A stretch of 64,000 bases of DNA from assembly GCA_964106915.2 (NCBI GenBank), contig OZ066921.1. One strand, given 5' to 3'. The notes below the pieces were generated by a model that made no database searches, had not been told where the DNA came from, and saw only the letters and a list, made by a program, of their open reading frames with translations. The DNA is from Podarcis gaigeae. Its lineage: Eukaryota. Position numbers and translations under genes: made by a program. Positions 1-11,686 of this stretch are shown piece by piece. Each line of letters begins with the position of its first letter. Positions within the stretch are counted from its first letter, which is position 1.

Positions 1-1183
1 TTTAGCCAGGAGCAGCACATGGGTCCTGCCTTTCATCATGCTGTGACTGCCTGGTCCCTGGGAGGGGCCTGCCCAGTTTCCCCTTCCAGCCCCAGGCTCC
101 AAAGGGATATAAGGTCTGCCAAGAGAGCCTTGCATGGCTGAGCAGGGAATGTCTTCTGCTCCAAACAAAGGGAGTCCAGTTTGGGCTGCTGACCCATGAC
201 AAGGCACACCCTCTCTGCTCCTTCCCAGCGACTTCAAACAAAACCCCTTAATAATTAGGGGCCAGAAAAAAGTTCTGTTGTGTGGTTTTAATGGCACCTC
301 ACTCCTTGCAAGTCCATTTCATTCAGAACTTTTTTCTGTGGTGGGAAGAATAAAAAAACAAGAGGCAGAGCAATATTGTGACCCATTTTGAGTACCCGTG
401 CAGCAGCATTTGTGGCGGTTGGAGGTCTTTCCCTCTCATTTCTTTCTCTTCATGCCTCTTCCAGTTCTTATGCCTTTGTTGGATCGCTGTAGTGTGCAGC
501 CAGATTCCACAGTAGCATCCCATGCATTCTTTGGACTGGACGCCCAATTGAGGTAAGGAGTGTGTGAAAATGCTCTTTGCAGTCCAAGAACATGCAAGTC
601 TTACAGGAATGGAGTGAGGCGTTTTGTGGTGTAGCAGCTGAATCTTCTTATGGAGTACTAGCAAGATTGGAGGGAGGTTTTTCAGAATACCAAGGGAAGC
701 ATCAGAACCAGAGGATTGCATGTCAGCAACGTGAGGTCAAACTGAGAATCAGTTGCTGACAAGGGTGCTCGTGTTGTCAGGTTCTGGAGCCAATGGCAGT
801 CAGCAGGAGAGCAGAAGCTTCTTCTAATGCTTTCAGCAATCATCAAGGGATCTCTACAGCAAAGAGGCTGGGCAAGTTTCTGGTTCAAGACTGTCTGGTC
901 TGTTGTTGCTACAGTGTCGGAGGGGCAGGTTACAGTCTATGGAATGGACATAAGGATGACCTCTGTGTCTGACCCTTTCCCCCAGGACAAGGGCAGGATA
1001 AAAGTGTAATGTGTTGTGCCCTGCTAAAAGTGAAAGTCTTCATCAGCCTTGATGCCTAGTAGTGGAACTGAGGCCTTCTGCTCTTGTTTCTCTTCCTTTG
1101 AGTTGTCCTCAGCAAGTCTACCTCTAAGGCAGCAAAGTGCTTTAAGCTGCCATGTTTAAGGGTGTCTTGTTTTCCCTCTGCAG

Positions 1184-4100
1184 TTCGCCCCCTGTGCTGA
1201 ACCAGCTGGTTGCCCTCTATCTTGGGAGGACCCATTCCCTCTGGAAGGACCCGGCTGTCATGGCCTGGCTCGAAACAAACGTGCATGAGGTGTTGCGGAT
1301 GGTGGATGCCAAGGACCCAATGTTGGAGGAGGCTGAGCAGAAGTGAGTCTCTGCACCTGCTCCAGGCTGATGGCGGGCAGAATTCATTTCCACTCTGACT
1401 CCAAGCATTCCCTGCCATATTCTGCTGACTCCTGCACCCTGTTACCCTCCTGTTGAGAGAAGAGAGCGTTCAACAACCAGGGGGTGGGGGAGAGACATAG
1501 CTGGACAGTGGGCTGTGCTTGGTCCTGCTTAGATGTGCCAGCTAATTTGAGTTTGGTCGGGAAAGAAACCTTTTTGAAGCTATCAAGAACTGCTAACTGG
1601 GCTGACTGAATGCAGCTACTTTTGGGGGATTCTGGCAATCTGTGAGCACCCCTGGGTGCCAATATGTTTCTGCAGAGGAGGCCTTGGCTTACGTGTGGCT
1701 GGGAAAGAGAGCTCTGAGGGATGCATAGAGCAAATTAGAGCCACTTCTCTGAAATATTTTTGGCCCTTAGGCGAAAGGCAAGGTACCAGAACGCTCCCAG
1801 GAATGTCTACCGCCATGTGATCCTCTCAGAGATAAGGGAAGCCACAGCAGCATTGCCTCCGGTGAGAGAATGGATGGGGCAGCGGCATAGCTGCACCTCA
1901 CAAACCTATTTTTATGGGGAGCATATCCTGTCGGTATCTCTTCCTTCTTCTGATTCTGCTCAATATGGCTTTTCTGGGCTCCCATATCACAGTTCTTTGG
2001 GCATAAGGAGCTGGCTGGCATTGAGCTGCCAATGGCCCATCCTGCACAGTGTTGTTAGCTGGAGAGCAGAGGCTTCCCCCAGCACTGTTGCCTGATACCA
2101 TTTAATGGGAATGTCTGGGACCTTCTGCATGGCAAGTGTGCACTGCCTCTCGTCAGTATAGGAAGCTTAACAGCTCTGCTGCCAGGTGGGCCCCTCCCAC
2201 CCACAAGAGGCCTTGCTAGCCATCCCAGGGCTGCACCTGCCACCACCTTGAGAGCAGCCATATTTCTTCTTTCACAGTTCTCCCAGCTTGTACAAAGTTC
2301 CCTTCTCCTTTTGTCTCATATTTCTAGATTGTAAGCCTACAGGCAGGAACCCGGTTTTTTGTGTGTGTGTGTGTGTTTTTTATTTGTTTGTTTGTGCAGC
2401 ACCTAGTGCATATTTGGCACTTTATAAGTAATCCAGTAGGAAGCAGCAAAGGGAGGGAAGCGAAGCAGGGCCACTCCATCGGCTCTGCCCAGAGATCGGC
2501 TACATCAGGCACCTCTCCCTGAACTGTTTCCACTCAAGCTTGCCGTTGTGGGAACAAATATTTTAATTTTAAGAAGGGATGCCTGAATTTGCTTCTCTTT
2601 TCCCTTTGAGGACATGTATTTTAGATCGTAAGCCTACTGACAAGGATTGTCTTGTTAGTTACTGCTCTTCTGTAAGAGCCTGTACGACCCTATTTGCTGA
2701 AAAGCAGGGTAAAAAAATGCTACAACTAAATACAAAGATGGTGATGAGTTCTGACCTGGATTCAATTTCCCTCCCTCTCTCAAGGAAGTGACCTCCCAGC
2801 CGATAATGGGGTTTGACCCCCTGCCGCCTCTGGACTCCATTGTTTCGTACACAAGGCCAGAAAGGTACCACCTGTTGCTGCTTCCCGCATACCTCCATCC
2901 AGTTCAGTAGCTTGGATATTTACTTAGGTCTGTGTCAGCCTGGGGTAGACAAAAAACCCCAGAAAGGACCAGAAGTGGTCCAGTTCTCTGAATCTTTTAA
3001 ACATGCATTGTGTTTACGAGTTTTTATACAGGCAGTGGAAGCTGGTCCATTAGGGCAAATGGGGCACTGCTCCACCAATCTCAGTCTTCCCTGAAGGCCC
3101 TGCTTCCCTCAGTAATCTCCCCCTTTTACTTACAACCAGTCCAGCAGGTATTACTGCCTGTCAGCTTCTTCCTCCTCAGCCTCAATGCTGCTCTTGTAGA
3201 ACTCAGCAAGGAGAAGGATGGGGACAAAACTAGAAAGCTAGAATTAGTTGGCTCCACCTCTCACTTAACTCTGGCTCCTCTTGGTCTCCCTGCTTTCTAG
3301 TCCCAATGGACACCAGTCAGCTGCCTTATTCCAGGCCAGCCTACCTGCCCATTGTGCTCATTATTGTCTTCTCTGAGTAGCAGAGGTGCTCTGGGGAATC
3401 AGGTAGAGAATGTTCTTTCCCATTGCCTCCTATTGGAGATAACAGGGATGGAACCTGGGACCTTTTGCCTGCAGAGTAAATGCTTTGCTCATAAGCTGTG
3501 GTCCATCTCTTCCTCAGTGCATCAAAGACCCACCCACCCTTCCCCATGCCACTTTGTTCTTCCCATACAGTGGGCCAAATATTTATTCTTTTTACATTGC
3601 CTTTTGTATCCCATCGTTCCTCCAAGCAGTTCAGAGGACATAAAATCTGCCCCTTGCCCCTGTGATTGGTCGAAGTTTACCCAGTGAGTTTCATAGTTGA
3701 GTGGGGATTGGAGCCAGAGTCTAAGCTTAGTCCAGCACTAAGATCTGTTACACCAGACTGTCTTTCTGGATAGTAGTCCAAAATTGCACGCTCCCTGGAT
3801 CATGAAGTGCCATGACATGCCCTCTCTCCTAGGAAAGAGGAGGAGGTCCATTTGTGACCAAACTTTCTCTTTTTTTTCCAGGACAACCCATCCAGCCAAT
3901 GAAAGCACTTTATCTCTCTTCTTTCGCTCACTCTTGCCAAACTTCAACTTACAGGTATGTTGAGTGTGAAATGACTGGCCAAGGTAAGGCAGATATGCAG
4001 GTGGTTGCATGCTTCTGAGTACTAGGTGCTGGGAACGGCAGGAGGGGAGAGTGCTCTTGCACTTGGGTCCTGCCTGCAGGTTTCCCATAATGGGCACCAA

Positions 4101-4584
4101 GTTGGCAACTGTGAGAACAGGAGGCTGGACTAGATGGCCCCCCTTTTGCTTGATCCAACTCTCATCAGCCCCATCTAGTATGCTTCTACAATCCAGTCTG
4201 CCAGGTTCTCCCTCCGAGAAGACTGCAGTGCCCAGGCCTTCCTCCCTAAGTGTATAAGGAGCAGAAGAGATGGAGAATTTGCAGCAAAGAGACTGAGATG
4301 AGCTTCTTTCTAGCATTTCTTCTGAGGACCCCAAAGACTGGGCTGGTTCTCCTTCAATGCCCAGCACCTCTTCCAGTCAAACTGCCTTGTATAACTCCTT
4401 GCCCTGTGCTGTGTTTCAGGGAGAAGTCAGAGCCGGTGGAGAGGAAGAGCCGGGTGCAGGACAGAATCTGAACCAAGGTGTGAACAGACTGATGGCAGCC
4501 ATGCGGGACATGCTGGCAAATATCCAGTTCCAGGAGCCACCACGGGACGACAACCCCGAGGGGGATGGGGGAGAGTGGGACTAG
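1184..4584 (+). CDS. TCF25: Transcription factor 25 / ribosome quality control subunit (Rqc1 homologue), last five coding exons; 5' part lies outside the window
   Basis: AG/GT-bounded, frame-compatible exons 1184-1342, 1771-1861, 2785-2864, 3882-3954, 4420-4584 translate to ...[116 protein letters not shown], matching the TCF25 C-terminus as recalled; position upstream of MC1R fits synteny. Confidence 0.95.
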
Positions 4585-4638
4585 GCCCTTGCACCCCAGA
4601 ACTTCCTTTCTGCCCCTTCTGTAACTTCCCTTGCACAA

Positions 4639-4644
4639 AATAAA
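4639..4644 (+). terminator. Candidate TCF25 polyadenylation signal
   Basis: AATAAA 55 nt after the TCF25 stop codon. Confidence 0.6.
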
Positions 4645-5833
4645 CAATCATAAGCCAGAGGGGTAGAGTGTCTCTGTGCCTTAAACATGCACACACCAGG
4701 AAAAAAAGGGCATGGTTATCATCTTGGCACAACTGATAGGGCAGAAATGGCCCTTTGCTCTGAAAGCTGCACACAGTTGCTTTCATGAGATCCAGGTTTC
4801 GCTAACATGCAACTGTCCTGCCTAAGGAGAGGAGCTGCAAGCAGTAGGCTGGGGAGGCACACATGCCCCCATTTCAATTCCTTTCACAGATAGATTTATT
4901 GTGTCAGTTGCCTTCCTTTTCTCAATGGCTCCTGCCAGTGAAACCACATAGGCTAGAGCACCAGCCTTCAACTATTGGCTCAAGACCCACTACTAGGTCA
5001 TGGCCTGATCCAAGGTGGGATAGTGCAACGGTAGCAGCAACACCACCATATAACTATATGGGGGGGGGGATGTGTTACCAAATGCATGTTCTGGTTAAAG
5101 ACGAATGCTGGATTTGGAAAGGTTGAAGACCATGGGGCTAGTGTCGCTTGGAGGTGTTCTGCTAATCAGAAAGGCTCTTTAGTGCAATTCAGATATGCTT
5201 TGTGGGAGGGAGGATATAGAAATTCTGTGTCAGTGACTTGCTCTATCAAAGTAAGCAAGATATAGAAGATCTGTGTCTCCTCATGTTGTTATTCAAGGTT
5301 TAAAAATAGCTGCCTGGAGCAAACTTGATGTTGGGGGAGGAAGTGTTTAAACTTTTTCACTCCCTGACCTTTTTCATGAACATATTGTCCACCCCAGAGC
5401 TGTTATTAGTTCGTTTGGGAAAAGACGGGTACCCAGATAGTAGCTGTCTTGTTTCCCCACTACATGACACCCCAAGTTTATTAATAAGTGTATTTGTCAG
5501 GGGGAAGGAGAGGATTGTGAAAATGGGGGCGGGTTAGGCCTTCCTCAAGCACTGTGCCCTTGATCCAATGTGTCCTCATGCCTGCTCTTAACATGCTTTT
5601 GGGACATCTGCTGACATCTTTTGTCATTTGGCTCTTTCTGGGCACCTGTGCTTGTGGCCTGTGGGATTGGCAGAAGGATGTTAGCACCCTAGTCTCTTAC
5701 TCTGTTCCTGCCTTTAAAGTGTACATCACAAATCAGCTGGATAATGCAATTTACACGAGCAGGAGTGGCTGCCATGCTCTGAGTTTGACCAAATAATACA
5801 AGATTCTACTGAAAATAATGAGGATAAAGTTGT

Positions 5834-5860
5834 TGCTGCTGCTGCTGCTGCTGCTGCTGC
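5834..5860. repeat. (TGC)9 trinucleotide microsatellite
   Basis: Perfect tgc run, intergenic. Confidence 0.9.
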
Positions 5861-8149
5861 CACTACCCTCAGAGAATGTCCACAGACTTGCCCTGGAGCT
5901 TAATCAGTGTGAGCCCCTCAATATTTTCCTGCAGCAGAGTGGGTGACTGGCAGCCCCCTCTAGTGGGTGCAAACCCCAAGTCTCTTCTTTCTTCAAGGGA
6001 CCAGCACCTACAGTCCCACCCAAACGTTACTCTGGAGCTATTCTGCATTATTTCTGCTCCCCTAGTAGTTGTAGCAGAAGCAAAAGTGTCTGCTGCATTC
6101 TGACTGAGTTCTGCTGTGGCAACCAAACTTTCCAGCAGGCTGGCCTCTGCACTGGGCATGCTTGACTATTGGCCCTGGCTTTGCAGCCTCGGATCTGACG
6201 CCTCCTGAGCGGGAGCGGCAGGGGCTGGGACTGTGTTTTGCCTGCCTCTCTTGGCATCAAGGCAGACATGGTGCATCTGCTCCTCTCTTCACACTTTGAA
6301 GTGCTGCCTCTGGCTTGACTCTCAAAGGCCTCATTGATAAAGCTGTAAATAGAACTCTTGGCCGGTTGCTGGCTTAGAGGCATGAAGACATCCACCAAAA
6401 AGAGGATGGTTATAAAACGTATTTTCTCTCCCGGCTCAGCCACCAGGCTCTGCTCCCAGCCAGGCAACCCCATGCCAGTGTTTTGGGGCTGCACCGAGTG
6501 GTTGATTAGCTGATTAAAAACCTTTTGATTGACTGAAAACACGGCACCTGATTAATTAGGCAAAGCATTTTTTAAATGTTAATTATTCGTGATAAATATA
6601 CTTCTTTTCATTGCAGACATTCAGAGGTTGGTTTTCAGTATGACTCATTCTGGAGTGCCTGGCAGATACCCTCTCTATTTAAGAGCACATCAAGCCCCTG
6701 CTATGAATAGTGACTTCAGGAGGGGGGGCTGACACTGGAAGGGCGAGAGCAATGAAATGACTCTAACTGGCAGCTGCAGCCTCTTTGGTTTGGGGAAGAA
6801 TTGGGATCAGGATGCTCTTGCATCAACATTTCATTTGGCTTGGCCTTTTGTGGGCTGATAGAGGAGGTTAGCTTGGACTGTTTAATTGGAACTTGGGAGC
6901 TGGTCTAGTGTGCCACTGCTTTGTTAGTGTGTGTAGGGGGAGGTGAGTTACAGAGCAGGCCATGTTTATGGGGATATAGTGTCTGTACAGTTTCCAAAGG
7001 GCAGGACACCATCCTCATGCCTCAACCAACTGAACCCATGGGAGTCCAAGGGCCTGCTTAAATTGCAGCTGTTTCTTACACACACCACATGCCTGGTGAG
7101 GGATTCTCCTTGCAAAGACTGAAAACAAGAATTGAAGGAGCATAAAACATCCCATGTCTTTATTCTACTCTTCCGCCTTGCATAGGACTGGAGTAGTTTG
7201 GTTAGTGCTACAGCTTGATCCAGATGATTGCGCTCACATTTTCAAAGGGACAGTGACTGTTGCTGCTGCTTTGTCCCTGTGTGCTCTGCTTCAACCTGGG
7301 ATCATTTTCATGTATGCTGGGCAGCTTCTCTCTCTGGAAGAATACCAGCTTGTCAGGGGAGAATATCAACTGGGACTGTGATACAGGGGTGAAAGTGTTA
7401 AACCCCCTTCCCTGTGTGCTGCAATCCTGATCCTCTTATTATAAAAGTAAAAGCAAGACCTCTTCAGTGTTCCCCATGCATTTAATGTCTGCAGCTGGTT
7501 CTCTGAATTAGCATCTTAAGAACATCATCACATACTTTGGGCAGGCTAAAAATGCTTCTGCCCTAATTCAAAACCCAGAGTCTTTAAAGGAAACTACCCC
7601 ACTCACCCTGGAATGCTGCGGCTTCTCTCCAGTACGAAGTGGTTAGCAGAATAGGGGTCAGCATGAGCTGGGATCTCTCTGGAAATGGGATGTTAGAGCA
7701 GATGGGACATTCGTCTGAGCCAGCAGGAGTATATGATTGCTTGCTTACTTCCCCACCCTTTACTCTAAAGTCCATGGGCAAGTTGAAACACTTCAAAATG
7801 GCAGATACACTCTAAGGATCAGCTTGTCTATTAATTGTCCACAAAATATGAAATGACTTCAAGTTATTCTCAAGCCATTTTTACACGAAAGCATGTGCTT
7901 TGCATGAATAGGTAAAAAATGGAGTTTGTTGTCCAAGTAGTTCCCACCTGGTTTCTGTTTTCCCATCATGGGGGCTGTCACAAGGGTTTGCCTGTTCTTG
8001 TACCCAAAGTTCACCCATATTTATTAAAGAGGAAAACCTGCCCCATACCTTAGGAATATAAGAAGAGTCTACTGGAATGGCTCATCTTATCAGCATCCTG
8101 CTCTCACCCTGGCTATCCAGATACCGGGGGTGGGGGTGGGGAGTGGGGA

Positions 8150-8494
8150 GTAAAGGTAAAGGACCCCTGGATAGTTAAGTCCAGTCAAAGGCAACTATGG
8201 GGTTGTGGTACTCATCTCGCTTTCCAGGAGCTGGGACAGAGCAACGGGAACTCACCCCATCGCGAGGATTCAAACCACCGACCTTCTGACCGGCAAGCCC
8301 AAGAGGCTCAGTGGTCAGTGGCGTAGCGTGGGGGATGCAGGGGGGCGGCCGCACCGGGCGCAACATCTAGGGGTTAGGGTTAGGGGGCGCAAATCCATGG
8401 GTTAGGGGGCACAAATTACTTGCCTTGCCCCGGGTGCTGACAACCCACGCTACGCCACTGTCAGTGGTTTAGACCACTGCACCACCCACGTCCC
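8150..8494 (-). mobile_element. Sauria SINE (Squam1-type), internally deleted, containing a MITE
   Basis: Minus strand begins gggacgtgggtgg and ends in an (ACCTTT)n tail (gtaaaggtaaagg on +); aligns by eye with the full copy at 29533-29897 but lacks the central part. Confidence 0.85.
8316..8460. mobile_element. hAT-type MITE, 145 bp
   Basis: Perfect 17-bp TIRs cagtggcgtagcgtggg / cccacgctacgccactg; perfect 8-bp TSD tcagtggt (8308-8315, 8461-8468). Confidence 0.92.
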
Positions 8495-8663
8495 TACCAG
8501 AGGGAAACCCACAAGCAGGACATGAGTTCAACAGTCTCAGCTCCCTGGTGGTTCCCAGTGAGTGGTATTCAGAGGCCTACCACCTCCAAGATGGGAGGCA
8601 ACACACAGCCATCATGACTAGTAGCCATAGATAGTCTTATCCTCCATGAACTTGTCTAACTCT

Positions 8664-8939
8664 CAGGGCCATCCCCGGATGTTTTGCCGCCAGAGGCAAA
8701 AGAGAAAACACTGCCCTGTCACCACCTCTTCCTCTGTTGCCCACCCACTGCTGTGCACCCACACGGCATCACATGTCTGCCTACTGCCACCTGCCAGCCA
8801 CTGGGCAGTACACAGGCACACAGAGGAAGAGGCTGACAAGTGCAGGGAAAGCTCCATGGAGTAAATCGGCCGCTCTCCCAGCTTTCTGGAACCTGCCACC
8901 CTGAGGGAACTGCCTCACCTCATGGGTGGGCCAGCCCTG
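8664..8939. mobile_element. hAT-type MITE, 276 bp, older
   Basis: Ends cagggcc.. / ..gggccagccctg; 8-bp TSD ctaactct (8656-8663) / ctaactcc (8940-8947), 7 of 8 identical. Confidence 0.7.
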
Positions 8940-11686
8940 CTAACTCCAGATTGGTGGCCATCATGACATCTTGCGATAGCCCTTGTATCTACAGGTGAAG
9001 GGTGGTATACAAATTTAGTACATAATAAATACATAAATAAACACAGCAAATTCCAGACTTTAACCACAGTAAGCGCTGGGTGGATAAGTATTTTCTTTGT
9101 CTGCACGGAATCCTCCAACACTGAGCTTCGTTCAATGGACCGGTATTATAAGAAAAGGAGAAATACTTCTCTCTCTCAACATTCTCCACCCCTAACAATT
9201 TTAAATGCTTCTCTTCTGTCCTCCCTTACTCGCCTTGTGTCTAAACTAAAAACCTCCAACTGTTGTAAAGGTAACTGGAAAAAAGTGATCTTGAACATAG
9301 TCACTGATTTTGTTTTGAGCAAATGAAATAAATATGACCCCTTTAGGGTCATAAATTCTCTGTCTTGCAAAACAAAGAGCCCATCTTTTCCTAGCGAGGA
9401 GAAGCAGGCCCCTCTTCATGATGTACCACGCTGCTTTGAATTACGTAGGCAGTATCTTGTGAAATCAGCCAGTGAAACATGCAATGCTCTCTCCACAGAG
9501 TGAGTTGTTTGTGTCTCGCACGGCATGTCACGTAAATAGTTGCATAAGAAGTCACACTTGTATGTCAGACTCTGCTGCTTACAGGGTGAGCTTGACTGCC
9601 TTTTGCATGCTCTGACCTACTAGGAATTGCTAACCCAGAACTGGGGGAAACGGGACCAAGGCAAGGAAGTATTAGCATGCACAAATGTTGTAGTGTCGTG
9701 GAAATGTGATGCTTGTGCATCGTCTAATAGGTGAAATGAGGCAAGTTCTGAAATGGAACTTATTTGGGCTGAGTCAGAGCCAGGTTTCGCATTTGCCTCT
9801 GAGTGGCCACTTTGAGAATGGGATGCTGGGCTGGATCGGCCATTTGCTTAATCTATCAGACTCATTTTACATTCTTGCATCAACAGTTTTAGGGAACTTA
9901 CTGGACTCTGAAGCTTTGATTTGGAGGAAACTGTACAACCCTATGTTTTAAGATTTTCAGGAGAGGCCATTCTTTCTGCCCTGCCAATATCTGTAGCAGG
10001 TTTGGCAGAACTTAAGGCAGGGCCTTCCAAGTGGCTTCCCCCAAACTCTAGAGTTCCTTGCAAGGGAGGCCCATGTAGCCTCTGATTACCTTCTGTCAGT
10101 AGGAAGAATATAGGAAGTTGCCTTCTGCTGAGCCAGACCCTTGGCCCCTCTAGCCTAGTATAGTCTGCACTCTGGCTGGCAACAGCTCTCCAGGGTTTCA
10201 TGCAAAGGACCTTCCCAGTTCAGCTACCTGGAGATACTGTCAAGGATTGAACCTGGGACCTTCTGCACACAAAGCAGATGCTCCACCACTGACCTATGAC
10301 CCTCTCCTAAAGGAGAATATTTTTAGTCAGACGAGGCTCCAAGTAGCTCCTCTTGTTTTATGCCCACTGCAGTGCTGCTATGTGTTCTACTGGCTGTTGT
10401 TGTTTGTATTGGTTGCACAGGAAAGTTGCCATTCCTCTAAATTCCTCAAGGCAGACACTTTTTGCCAGACCATATTCACAGAGTAAAGTTTGCACTGGCT
10501 GCCCATATGCTACTTGGCCAGGTCAGGCCAATGAGAGATCAGGTGGTCGCTGAGATATCCTGTACCCAAGTTGTTCAAGGGCCTTCAAAATAAGAACAAT
10601 GAACCTGGCTGGGTAGCATATGGGCAACCAGCACAAGCTTTCCATCGCTAGTCTTATGTGCTAGCAATAGTCTCTCCCAATCAACAGCCTAGCAGCTGCA
10701 TTTTGCATAAGCTGGAGCCTCCAGACCAGGCCAACAGAGAGAGCATTGCAATAACTGAGTCTTGTCAATCAAGCTGGGCAATTTCCTCCAGTAGAAGTTG
10801 GTGGAGGATCTTCTGCAGCAGGGGGGAAAACCCGGAGTGTGTCAAACATGGGTGAAGCCATATTTGGGAAAACTTGACTCTTCTTCCGCCTATATGCAAC
10901 CCTTCTCCTTTGTACTTGCATAAATGTAAGTTGAAGACGTCACTGAGATGGTGAGTAATGCTTCACTGCTGGACCCCCTTTTGCTTGGCATGGGGAGGGG
11001 GGCATCATGCCACCAGGATGTTAATGAAGAGGAAAACTCAGCCAGGCTTTAAGGGCAGTTTCATAAGTTCTCCCTGCCATTCAGCGCCCTCGCCTCCTGG
11101 GCTGTTATCATGTGGATCACCCTCCGCCCCTCTGCTGATGGGAAAGCTGGGCATATTCCTTTAAAAGTAAGAGAGATAAAGGGTTCTTTCTTTGCTGTGA
11201 ACTCCTGCTAATCAGTTTACTTTGGGGAAGAGGCAAATCAAGCAACGGCACCCTTGGAAGGAAAATAGGACTTGGGAATTCAGAGCCGGGAGAGGCGGAA
11301 AGAAACTGGCAAGTTCTCCCCTTTTCTTTTTCTGGGACAGAGACCCAAAGGAAGAAATCAGGAACAAGAGAGCAGAACCAAGAAGACACGGGTGTTGGGC
11401 TCTCCAGCGTATTGTGCCAAAGAAGGGTCACTGGAAGCGTGTTGCTGACTCTGCCACCCCAAAACTTTGTGTGGAGCATGTCTGGTCTCACAGCTCTGTT
11501 CTGAGACATCTATCCATCTATTCCCTTGGAGGAAGAGTGGCCACAGAAGTTTCTTTCAGGTTCCGCAGCCTACAGGTGAGTTCCCGGACCATGCTAACTA
11601 TATACTTCTCCCCCAAGAGAAAACTCTGTTGCAAAATCCTGCGGGTCTCCTTTGTCTTTCTGTAGCATTCCCACCAAGGTGCCACC

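Larger units (their letters stand above)
8057..8663. mobile_element. Degraded CR1-like LINE 3' fragment interrupted by a SINE and MITE
   Basis: ataagaagag..catct..cagcatcctg..ctcac..cagat / gggaaacccacaagcaggacatgag..ggtattcagaggc..agccatcatgactagtagcc..tcctccatgaacttgtctaa; similar text recurs at about 14355-14490, 36297-36500, 44860-45190 and 56915-57160. Confidence 0.55.

Noticed and set aside
3738-4367. 209-aa minus-strand ORF across TCF25 introns
   Set aside because: No domain signature or splice support; overlaps a sense exon and intronic DNA.
8368-8410. Interstitial telomere or chromosome fusion scar
   Set aside because: Only about three TTAGGG units, enclosed by MITE TIRs and a TSD.
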